Shown one piece after another: positions 10,614 through 20,600 of a stretch of DNA of 64,000 nucleotides; position 1 is the first letter of the stretch, and each line of letters opens with the position of its first letter. The notes beneath the pieces were generated by a model, which was not told where the DNA came from, searched no databases, and saw only the letters and a program-made list of their open reading frames with translations. The translations under genes and the position numbers were made by a program. The DNA lies in the IMG/VR virus record IMGVR_UViG_3300042991_000780, positions 1 to 64,000 of that record; one strand, written 5' to 3'. The stretch comes from a virus.

Positions 10614-12701
10614 TTATCCTATTATTATTACACAATAATTTGTACCTGTTGCTGGTGCTGTATCGAATAAAACACAAACACAATTTGCGTTTACTCTTTG
10701 AACATCAGTATAAACTGTTGCGTATGGCGATGCTGCTTGTATCACTTGAACCATTACAAATTGTTTATTTAATGCATGGTTTACTGTAAATCCAGTATTA
10801 GAACTATTACCAGTTATTAGTAAACTACAACATTTTCCAAGACTTGCTGTTAAACCAGTCACATAACCAGCGTTAACAAGTGAAAGACATGTATAATTCA
10901 AAGAATAATCATCATAATATTCAACACCCCTAAACCCACTCGTACCCTCAATTCTAATATAATCATTACACATGTCGATTATAGTACACGTTGCACCAGA
11001 AACAGCACCAAGGGATAAATTATTTGCATTTAGTCCTACTTGAGAACACATTGTACCTATCTGACTATCAATACTTATTAATTCATTGGTGGCAAGAAAA
11101 ACTGCACAACCATTTGCCGTGATATTACCTATACACGTAGAACCACTTGACCACATACAAATATTTGTAAGCGGACTTGCACCACCATCACAAGTACCAA
11201 TTGTTAAATCCTGACCAGCACCAAGTATGGTTGTTGTTTCGCATAATGTTCCACCAAGAACTACTTGATTCGTACCATTTACTGATAAACCATTTGTTGC
11301 ACCAGTAATTGTAATACTCGTATCACCACTGACATAAGGAACTTTTTTAACTAATCCACCTGTACTCCACACCAAAATGCTATCAGTACAAGCACCATTT
11401 GTAACTCCGGTGATTTTTAATTGACCGTTAATAACTAAACACTGAGCGGTAAAATCACCATAAACTAAAGGTAATGTTGCATTGTTTGCGATATATAATT
11501 TATTTGAACCAGTTTCGTTTTGACCAGCAAGATAACCGATTGCAACATTACCACAACCAGTCTCGTCACTATATAATGCCCTGTATCCTAATGCTGTATT
11601 ATGATTACCACTAATATTATTATAAAGAACTTCTGTACCAACACCAGTATTGCAGTTACCAATAGTTGTATCATTTAACGCCATTGTTCCGATTGCAACA
11701 TTATTACAACCAATTCCAATATTTTTTCCTGCTTCAACACCATAAAATGAGTTATTACATATTGTCGTTGCACTTGCTGGTGTTCCGCAACCTGCAACCG
11801 TTGATCCATTCGTTAAATTTGACCAACCAAGGCAGACTGCTGCTGTTTGTCCGGTTACATAAGCAACATCAGGAATTGAACGTGCTACATAATTACCACA
11901 ATAATTATCAGCATATCTTAAACCACCGTTTGTGCCACCATCTGTTATTGTTGAAACATTATCAAAACCTAAATTAAAAGAATCTAAATTTGTTATCGAT
12001 AAATCATACGCACCACTATTTCCATCAATGATCGTATTGTTACATAATAATCCACCAAGGCAAACGCTAACCGCATCATCAGTTAAACCATTGCAAGCAC
12101 TAAGACTACCACCAGTAGAGCCAGTTGTTATTATATATCCCGGATACGGTAAAACATATCCGCTTGAACTTGATGTTGCAATAAAAACAGATTTACTAAC
12201 ATGAGAATCACCTGTTGGTGCAATGGCTGTCATTAAACCGTCTGTTAAATCACTTAAAAAATACGTACAACTTGTTTGTAAGCCAGTTAATCCGGTTATG
12301 AATCCGGCTTGTGTTACACAGAATGTGTTTATGTTAACACAACAACTTACAACACCAATTACCTCACCATCATATGTACCATCAGCAATTGCTTTATTAT
12401 ATGTACCGCCACTAAATCCAATGATATCACCAGCAACAAATCCATGTGATGATTGTGTGATTTCTTTTGTTATATTTTCACCTGACGATAATGTTATATT
12501 TTGCCATGTTGCAACACCCTGAGAGTCTGACGTTAAAACTTTGCCACTACCGGGATTTGTTAATATTGATAATGTTGCACCACTGTCAAGTGTAAACTCA
12601 CCATAATTGTGTATGATTGTACAACCAGATAAATGTAATGTTTCACCGGAAAGTTGTTCAAATTTACTATCGCTTAGATTGGGTTTTGTATCTACTGCCA
12701 T
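10614..12701 (-). CDS. Modular fibre protein
   Basis: 695 aa; GSGKVLTSDSQGVATWQ, NxAIG repeats and TGATNGL modules; C-terminal VNHALN...VMVQV domain. Confidence 0.75.
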   Translation of the reverse strand: MAVDTKPNLSDSKFEQLSGETLHLSGCTIIHNYGEFTLDSGATLSILTNPGSGKVLTSDSQGVATWQNITLSSGENITKEITQSSHGFVAGDIIGFSGGTYNKAIADGTYDGEVIGVVSCCVNINTFCVTQAGFITGLTGLQTSCTYFLSDLTDGLMTAIAPTGDSHVSKSVFIATSSSSGYVLPYPGYIITTGSTGGSLSACNGLTDDAVSVCLGGLLCNNTIIDGNSGAYDLSITNLDSFNLGFDNVSTITDGGTNGGLRYADNYCGNYVARSIPDVAYVTGQTAAVCLGWSNLTNGSTVAGCGTPASATTICNNSFYGVEAGKNIGIGCNNVAIGTMALNDTTIGNCNTGVGTEVLYNNISGNHNTALGYRALYSDETGCGNVAIGYLAGQNETGSNKLYIANNATLPLVYGDFTAQCLVINGQLKITGVTNGACTDSILVWSTGGLVKKVPYVSGDTSITITGATNGLSVNGTNQVVLGGTLCETTTILGAGQDLTIGTCDGGASPLTNICMWSSGSTCIGNITANGCAVFLATNELISIDSQIGTMCSQVGLNANNLSLGAVSGATCTIIDMCNDYIRIEGTSGFRGVEYYDDYSLNYTCLSLVNAGYVTGLTASLGKCCSLLITGNSSNTGFTVNHALNKQFVMVQVIQAASPYATVYTDVQRVNANCVCVLFDTAPATGTNYCVIIIG

Positions 12702-12773
12702 TTGTTTCTACTTTATTTATAATAAATACTCAAATAGGTGTCAATGCTTTTTATTTTTAAATTATTATAAAGT

Positions 12774-15278
12774 TTATCCAGCAAATGAACCCTTACAAGT
12801 CCAAGTACCAGTTATTCTTCTTTCAAATACCAAATTAGTTCCGCCACTTACATACATTCTCCAACTATTGTTTGTATCTTTATCACCCAAATAGAAATAA
12901 TTTATTCCTGAATTATTTACAATTTCAGTAGTACCACTTACCACTAATCTTTTGTTATTAAATTCACCATAAATTAATGAACAATTTCTACTGTTTGCAA
13001 TATGTAATTTACTTGAACCAGTTTGATAATATCCTGCTTCATAGCCAATACCAACATTATAATTTCCACTATTATTTTGATGCAATGCTTCAAAACCATT
13101 TACAGTATTGCCACTTCCAATAGTATTATAATAAAGTGCACCAGAACCATTTGCAGTATTTTTATTTCCACTTGAATTTGAAATAAGTGAAGTGTATCCA
13201 TTTGCAGTATTATCACATCCAATATTATTACCCCAAAGTGCATACATTCCGGTTGCAACATTTCTAAATCCACTTACATTATTATAAAGTGCAATATGAC
13301 CAATGGCGGTATTTAAACTTCCAAGAGTATTTGAATAAAGTGCGGACTTACCAATAGCAGTATTATAACATCCAGAACTATTTAAAATAAGTGTACAACT
13401 ACCAATGGCAGTGTTACCACTTCCTGTTGTATTACTATAAAGTGCACCTGTACCAATAGCAACATTATCATGACCAGTACTTATACTTAGTCCCGCATAT
13501 ACACCATAAAAAGTATTATTACATATCGTAGTTCCACTACTACATGTTCCACAACCAGCAATAGTTGTACCCAATGATAAACATGACCAACCAATACCAC
13601 CACTTGTACTACCACTTATGAGACCATAACTTAATTTACCCAATGAACTTATATAAATTCCACATGTTTCACCCGATTTTGCAGGAAGTCCACTTAATAT
13701 AATATCTTTTTTTGTTGTTAAACAAATACTACCACCATTTGTTGTTCCACTTCCATTACCTGATTCAATTAAAATATCACCACCATCACAATTAGCAGAA
13801 TTACCTGCACAAATTATTGCATCACCACCACAATCATAAGTTGAACATCCACCTAAAAGTGAAATATATCCACCCTCTTTTCTGCACGAGCATCCCCCAC
13901 AAATTTGAATAGAACCACCAGCACCTGCGGGGTTGAAAGAATATATGTTATTACCACCACATATAAGAACAAATCCACCTGAAGCATTTCCAGTTGACAT
14001 ACCACCTTCAAGCCAAATTTCACCACCAAAACTACAAGCATTTCCCCCGCATAAACGAACACCACCACCCTGTGAACTACAATAATTACAGCCACCAAAA
14101 ATATACACATCACCAGCATCAACCCCAAAAGTCACTGAACAACTACCACAAATATTAAGTATCTGATTACCGCTTGTGCCAGTCATCATAGTAATGCATT
14201 TATTTCCATTAGCAAATTCTAATTTTGAACCATTATATGTTAAACCCGGTTCACTACAAACATGTGTTGAATCAACATAAGTAGCAATTCCATCTGTCGT
14301 TGAACCACACCAAGATATACCACCAGTTCCACCAGTACTTGTACCACCAGTTGTTATTATATATCCCGGATATGGTAAAACCCATCCTGCTGATGTACAT
14401 GTTGCTATTAATACTGCTTTATTAATATGTGTATCTGCTGTTGGTGCAATAGTTGTTAATAAACCCGGTGTTACATCACTAAGAAAATATGTGGTGCTTG
14501 CACTTAAACCCGTTAAGCCAGTTACATAACCTGCTTGTGTTAATTCAAAAGTATTTATGCCACAACACTTGCTTACAATACCAATTACTTCACCATCATA
14601 TGTACCATCGGCAATTGGTTTATTATAAGCACCGCCACTGAAACCAATAACTGTTCCACCTGAAAATCCATGAGATGGTAATGTTATTGATCGGCTAATT
14701 TTTTCTGTTAGTGGTATTGATATTGTACCACCTGCTGTTTTGCCGATTTTTCCTACACTATCAACACATAAATAACAACCAGTACCTGATGGAATATTTA
14801 AAATTGCAAGATTTGGAACAACAACATAATTATTATATGCTGAATTATCTAAACAATATGTATTACCTTCCGGTGGTACATTTCCAATTAATGTTGCGCC
14901 AGTAACATTACTACAAATCACATTATCATTACCACCTAAAATACCACTTCCTTTACCACAAGAAACATTGGTATCTCCAATTGAAATACTATCATTACAA
15001 CATGCTGCAGAACCACAACCAATTGAAATTGAACGTAATCCGGTTGCACATGTGTTATAACCAATTGCTGTAGAATATGAATTAGTATTAGCGTTTAATC
15101 CTATTCTTATTGATGTTGATCCATTGCCAGCATAAAAAAATGGATAACAATTAATTTGATAACCTAATTGTGAGTTAAGAATACCACAGAAATAATTTGA
15201 TCCTGAAAAAATAAAAGTATCACCTGTTTCCTGTATAAATTGTCTGCAACTTATATTGGGTCTGTTATCGTATGCCAT
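12774..15278 (-). CDS. Modular fibre protein, Gly/Cys-rich
   Basis: 834 aa; GGxVxLxGG glycine repeats, NTAIG repeats, and a module shared with 10614..12701. Confidence 0.75.
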   Translation of the reverse strand: MAYDNRPNISCRQFIQETGDTFIFSGSNYFCGILNSQLGYQINCYPFFYAGNGSTSIRIGLNANTNSYSTAIGYNTCATGLRSISIGCGSAACCNDSISIGDTNVSCGKGSGILGGNDNVICSNVTGATLIGNVPPEGNTYCLDNSAYNNYVVVPNLAILNIPSGTGCYLCVDSVGKIGKTAGGTISIPLTEKISRSITLPSHGFSGGTVIGFSGGAYNKPIADGTYDGEVIGIVSKCCGINTFELTQAGYVTGLTGLSASTTYFLSDVTPGLLTTIAPTADTHINKAVLIATCTSAGWVLPYPGYIITTGGTSTGGTGGISWCGSTTDGIATYVDSTHVCSEPGLTYNGSKLEFANGNKCITMMTGTSGNQILNICGSCSVTFGVDAGDVYIFGGCNYCSSQGGGVRLCGGNACSFGGEIWLEGGMSTGNASGGFVLICGGNNIYSFNPAGAGGSIQICGGCSCRKEGGYISLLGGCSTYDCGGDAIICAGNSANCDGGDILIESGNGSGTTNGGSICLTTKKDIILSGLPAKSGETCGIYISSLGKLSYGLISGSTSGGIGWSCLSLGTTIAGCGTCSSGTTICNNTFYGVYAGLSISTGHDNVAIGTGALYSNTTGSGNTAIGSCTLILNSSGCYNTAIGKSALYSNTLGSLNTAIGHIALYNNVSGFRNVATGMYALWGNNIGCDNTANGYTSLISNSSGNKNTANGSGALYYNTIGSGNTVNGFEALHQNNSGNYNVGIGYEAGYYQTGSSKLHIANSRNCSLIYGEFNNKRLVVSGTTEIVNNSGINYFYLGDKDTNNSWRMYVSGGTNLVFERRITGTWTCKGSFAG

Positions 15279-15333
15279 AATATATAATTCTTATTTATAA
15301 ATACTTTATGATAAGACTTAATTTATTATAAAC

Positions 15334-15362
15334 AAAAAAAACCCATCAATTTAGATGGGTTT
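15334..15362 (-). terminator. Intrinsic terminator
   Basis: ACCCATC/GATGGGT stem plus a T-run on the minus strand after the GT9-like gene. Confidence 0.7.
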
Positions 15363-15391
15363 AGAAAATAACAAAATTAAACTACAAACAA

Positions 15392-16303
15392 CTACTTCTG
15401 CTTATTCACGGCTTCAATAATTTTATTTATGTCGAAAAGATTAACTGTATCATATGGAAATTGTTGAATTTGACCCGAAATATCGAATTGTTCAAGATAA
15501 CTGAATTTATTCAATTCCCTAACATAATTTGCATTTGGGGTTACATTGATATGTTCGGGATATCCGAACACTTCAGGTTTATTTCCAATCCAAACAACAG
15601 TACTTTGAAGATCAAGTGCTGCTGCAACATGCTGTGCAAAACTATCAATAAATAGTCTTTTTGTTGAAAGTGGAAATACCGCATAAAGTTCCCTGTATGG
15701 TAAAGTTAATTGTTCTACCCCCTGTAAATTTGGTTGTTCAGGAGATTTAACATGCAAAATTCTATATGATTTGGCGAAATAATTCACAAGTTTTTGTGCA
15801 ATTTCAATCGGCATATCCCTAAACCATGATTTTTTACTGTATTGCCCCGTAGGAGACCCGCCATGCGTTTGTAACAACATAATTGGTCTGTTATTAGGCT
15901 TAATTTTATCTCTCGCTATTTCGAGTTCTCTGGGGTTTAAATAGATTTTTGGTTTATAACCATCATAAGGAATTCCATACATATCACACCAAGATTGTGT
16001 CAAATGTTTTCTTTGAAGAATGTGGTCTTCCGTATGATAAACTTCCTGACGATATATGATTGTATCTGGATTAATAAAATCATCAAAGAAATATTGCATC
16101 TGACCAAATGTATAAAAGCGAAAAATATCGGGATTATAAAAATAACCACCATCCCAAGCACAAACCACAATTAATTTTCTATCTGGATGTGCTTTCTTTA
16201 TTGCTCTGCAAACTGCCGTAGCCATCACGTTTTTTCCGTGGCCCCCCTCAACATGAAATATAACAAATTTATCGCCTTCTTTTATCGTACCATCGTTCTT
16301 CAT
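15392..16303 (-). CDS. GT9-like (heptosyltransferase-family, GT-B) glycosyltransferase
   Basis: N-terminal GGHGKNVMATAVCRAIKKAHPDRKLIVV and C-terminal FIDSFAQHVAAALDLQSTVVW match the two GT9 signature regions. Confidence 0.75.
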   Translation of the reverse strand: MKNDGTIKEGDKFVIFHVEGGHGKNVMATAVCRAIKKAHPDRKLIVVCAWDGGYFYNPDIFRFYTFGQMQYFFDDFINPDTIIYRQEVYHTEDHILQRKHLTQSWCDMYGIPYDGYKPKIYLNPRELEIARDKIKPNNRPIMLLQTHGGSPTGQYSKKSWFRDMPIEIAQKLVNYFAKSYRILHVKSPEQPNLQGVEQLTLPYRELYAVFPLSTKRLFIDSFAQHVAAALDLQSTVVWIGNKPEVFGYPEHINVTPNANYVRELNKFSYLEQFDISGQIQQFPYDTVNLFDINKIIEAVNKQK

Positions 16304-16315
16304 AACATACTTTAT

Positions 16316-17026
16316 TTAATTTAAATTATTTTTATATTCCCACTTATAACCATTTGTTTGTGAATAAGTTGGGATTCTTAAACTTTTATTTATTAATTTT
16401 GCACTAATTCCTGTCACTCTTTCTGCTTCGCCTTGACCAATGTATTCAGCAACAAATTCACCTTCCAATGTTTTCTGAATAATCGGAATATTTCTTCTGG
16501 CTGCTCTTCTAAATACAATATTTTCTTTTTTTTGTAAACTTGTAAACCAATAATAATTAGCAGCACTTTTATTAATTCTTTGATTCAATGCTAATGATAT
16601 TTTTGAAATACTAACACCAATATCATTTGATGCTTCAGTAATTGAATCATATTTTCTTACGAAATTACCATATTCATTATAACAATAAACACTTTTTGTT
16701 GGATGAATATAATTACCTTCCATTTCCCCACCATCAGTAACGTTTAGTAATCTATTGGATTTTCGTAATAATGAGATATATTTTCTTTCAAATTCCTTCC
16801 AATTGCTTTCATCACATTCTTCAAGTATAATATAAATGGGTCTTTGTTCATCAATTTTTAATTTACGTATCCATTTATGGACTGGTGCAATTCCCCTTTT
16901 ACTGTCTTGAACATGTTTACATAATCTTTTCCAAACAAATTGTTTTGTTTTTCCAACATATCGAACATTTTCAAGTATTAATTCATTTCTTGGATCAATC
17001 AAACCATAAATATAAACAACACCCAT
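16316..17026 (-). CDS. GIY-YIG homing endonuclease with NUMOD1-like repeats
   Basis: VYIYGLIDP...RYVGKT catalytic motif; two repeats of the form GNFVRKYDSITEAS / GEFVAEYIGQGEAER. Confidence 0.85.
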   Translation of the reverse strand: MGVVYIYGLIDPRNELILENVRYVGKTKQFVWKRLCKHVQDSKRGIAPVHKWIRKLKIDEQRPIYIILEECDESNWKEFERKYISLLRKSNRLLNVTDGGEMEGNYIHPTKSVYCYNEYGNFVRKYDSITEASNDIGVSISKISLALNQRINKSAANYYWFTSLQKKENIVFRRAARRNIPIIQKTLEGEFVAEYIGQGEAERVTGISAKLINKSLRIPTYSQTNGYKWEYKNNLN

Positions 17027-17086
17027 TATAATTTTTTATATTTTTTTATAAATACGAAAGTAATCAGAAAAAACCTTACATACAAG

Positions 17087-17118
17087 AAAAAAAATGGGAA
17101 TTATTACATTCCCATTTT
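17087..17118 (-). terminator. Intrinsic terminator
   Basis: AAAATGGGAA/TTCCCATTTT inverted repeat with a T-run. Confidence 0.65.
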
Positions 17119-17141
17119 ATTAATGAATTTTAAATTAAATT

Positions 17142-17591
17142 TTATCCGGTTATCAGTTTAACAATACTAATAATTAAACCGCCAAGAGCGATACCCCCAG
17201 CAAACATAGCACCCATCACCTTTTTAACAGATTTGGTTGATAAATTTGTGTCTTCCAAAACTCTTAAACGTTTTTCTTGTGGACAAGTTTGAACTCTATT
17301 CTCAACGTGATTTTCGAAATCTTTAACAACCAATGCACGTTCATTGATTATTTTTTCATGTTCAGCAACCTTACCGTTTAGACTTTTTAAATGATCTTCA
17401 ATATTTTTTAATGTGTTATTAGTTATGAGATTTTGAGCATCAACTTTAGCGTGATAACCAGCCATACAGGTATGCATGTATTCCTTCAAATCTTTTTTTT
17501 CTTCAGGATCAAGTTTTGCCTTAAAATTTATTAATTTTTTATCGACAATTTCATTAATTATTTCTCTTTGCATTTCTGTTAATTTTTCCAT
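17142..17591 (-). CDS. Coiled-coil protein with C-terminal transmembrane helix
   Basis: 149 aa; hydrophobic C-terminus MGAMFAGGIALGGLIISIV. Confidence 0.65.
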   Translation of the reverse strand: MEKLTEMQREIINEIVDKKLINFKAKLDPEEKKDLKEYMHTCMAGYHAKVDAQNLITNNTLKNIEDHLKSLNGKVAEHEKIINERALVVKDFENHVENRVQTCPQEKRLRVLEDTNLSTKSVKKVMGAMFAGGIALGGLIISIVKLITG

Positions 17592-17658
17592 TTCTCGATT
17601 TAATTTAATTAAAATTAGGGTGGAGTGGTTTTTTTACCACCCCACCATTATTTAATTA

Positions 17659-20600
17659 TTAGTTAACAAAACTCATTACAAGCCACTTGTCAAGTGCTGT
17701 GTTGAACAATAATTCAAGAGCACCATAATCAGTATTAATAACTGCTGTTGGATCACCGTCAATATTATTACCATTACCACTAATTGTAATATTATATGTT
17801 AATGCCTGACCACCAGCATCTTTAAATTTAAACGCCTGTCCGTCAAACGGAGTTGCTGGTAATGTAATTGTTCTTGCTACCGTTGGTGAATTAGCGAGGA
17901 TTGCATATGTACTACCTGTTGTTAATGTTGTATTACCTGTAACAACAGTCATACTGTAATCATTATTGTCTTCACCAAGACTTGTTGCAGGTATTTGCTT
18001 GATTTGTTTATCACTTGAATTCCAAACAAGAACGGCATCTGTTGTTACAGAACCAGTTGCAGGTGTTGATTGAAGTGTTACTATACCTGTTATATCAACT
18101 GTTGTTCCACCAAGATTAAGGTCAGTCAATCCAGTTAAACTGAATATTTGTGAATTACCCGGTATTACTGTTGTTTCACTTAACTGAGTACCACCAAGTT
18201 TAGCACTATGAGCACCAACTTTTGTTAAACCATTGGTTACACCAGTGATTGATTGTAATGTAAATCCAGATATTGCACCAAGTGCTGAAATATCTGCAGT
18301 ATTAGCAGCAGTTATACCTGAAATATAATCAATATCATTACAAATTTGTGTAATATCTGCTTGTATACCCGATGTTAAACCAGTTACATATCCAACATTT
18401 ACAAGTGAAAGACATGTGTAATTTGTACTATAATCATCATAATATTCAAGACCATGTGCTGTAGTACCAGTTCTACTATCAACAAAAACAGCACCATAAG
18501 TAGCATCACTTAAAATAAAACCAGTATCTTTACCACATAAATATGTTGTACAAGATTTCAATGTTGCTTCGGTTGGCATAAGACAGAAACAAGTACAAGT
18601 ACCCGTAACTTGTAAATCAAATGCACCAAGTGATATTGCAGTATATTTTGTTAATAAACCACCAAGTTCAGCATCCTGACCAACCTTACACAAACCATTA
18701 GTTGCACCAGTTATTGCATTTCCGGTTATACCAGAAATTTGTGATGTAACATATTTCTTAGTGATAAGTGAGTTATCAACAAATGTTGCACTATAATCCG
18801 CAGCATATGTTAAACCTGAAGGTGTTCCATTTCCATCAGTGATTATACCTGCAGTTAAGTATATATCAAGTGAATTGTTAGCACTCAAACAAATATCATC
18901 ACCAGCAAACATTGATATATTATCATCTTTAGTTTGCATTGTAATACCACCACTGTTAACATCTAAACATGTACCCGGATTACCATCAAAATATTTTATA
19001 CTTGTACCATCACCATGAGAAAAAGTACTATAATTTAAACCACCAAGAGGGGTACATAAATTAAACGAACCCCCAGAAGTAATTATTGTTGTTTCGCCTG
19101 TCAATGTGCCACCAAGAACGACATTCTGACCAAGTTTTGTTAAACCATTGTTTGCTGTTGTTATTGCACCAGTTATACCTGAAGTTGCTTCACATAGGTC
19201 TTGACATGTGATAAGTGAAAGTGCTACGTAGTTGTCTGAATAATCACTATCATAAACTGCTCCCCTCTGACTACAAGTATCGGTAATACAAAGTCCATTG
19301 CAGTCAACATAAAGTGTTGTTCCACTACCATAAATTAATAATCCTGATGCAGAATCAATTGTACCAGTACACGATCTTACTTCAAAATTATCAATTCGAC
19401 TTGCAGTAACACCTAATAATAAATCGTAGTCAGTACCACCACTAATAGTTGTATCTTCACTTAATATACCACCCAATTTAACAATCCTACCGTCATCGGT
19501 AAGTCCGTTTGTTGAACCAGTTAACGCACCTGCAAGTATTGCTTCATTCAATGCTGTTAAACTAACGGTATGGCAATCGGTTTTGTAAATACCACCAGTT
19601 GCACCAGTTACATAATCTGCTTCAATTGTATCGAGTCTTACATCCAAGCCTGAAGTTAAACCAGTTACATAATCAGCATCAACAAGTGAACGAGCAACAT
19701 AATCATCACTATAATCATTAGCATATACAATACCAGTTCTTGCACCAGCAAGATGTGCGTCAGTTATTGTTAAACCACCAGTTGCTGCAATACTCAAGTT
19801 GGTTACTGTTGATATTGAACCACCAAGAATTACAGTACCTTCAGGACTTTCGGTTAAACCATTTGTTGCACCAGTAATAACACCACCAAGAGCAGTGCTA
19901 ATATCTGCTTTATTAACAACAAGACAAGTATCACCAACATTATATCTAACTGGTATTCCAGAAGTACCACCACTACAAACATTTGCATTAATAACACCAG
20001 CACTCCAAGATAAACCAATACCAGCAATTGTATCAGCAACAGCCAATTCAGTTGTACAAATTGCAAGACCGCCATTAGTCATTAAATCAACAGAAACTGT
20101 CTGATTTGAACCATTTGGCGTTACATCAATACCATCACCAGCAACAATTCCTAATAATCTTGAGAATAATGTGAAGTCTAATGAAGAAGTACCCACAGTA
20201 ATCGGGTCAGATGTTGTTAACACCCAAATTGTATTAGCCTGTGTAGCACCAGTGAATACAGGAACTAAGTCACCATTTACAACTTCACCTGTTGGTGTAC
20301 CATCGAAGTCTGTTGCACGTGTCCAAGCACCTGCAGTATTAACCACATAAATACCATTTGTTGAACCAGTTGTCTGATTTTTAACAAGAACTCTATCACC
20401 AGTTGTTACTGCAATACCGTCAATTGTTTCAGCACCATTAAGGTCAATATTTGTAGTTGTTGCAACCTTAACAACATCATGAGGATGTAATCCGGCAGCA
20501 ACTGTATCAACATAACATTTTGTTACAAGTGAACTTGGAACAAATGACGTACTGTAATCAGAAGCATATTGAATACCAGTTCTACCAGTTCCTGCCCTTA

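Noticed and set aside
7593-15278. Diversity-generating retroelement acting on fibres
   Set aside because: No reverse transcriptase is in the window, and the duplicated modules are not adenine-specific TR/VR pairs.
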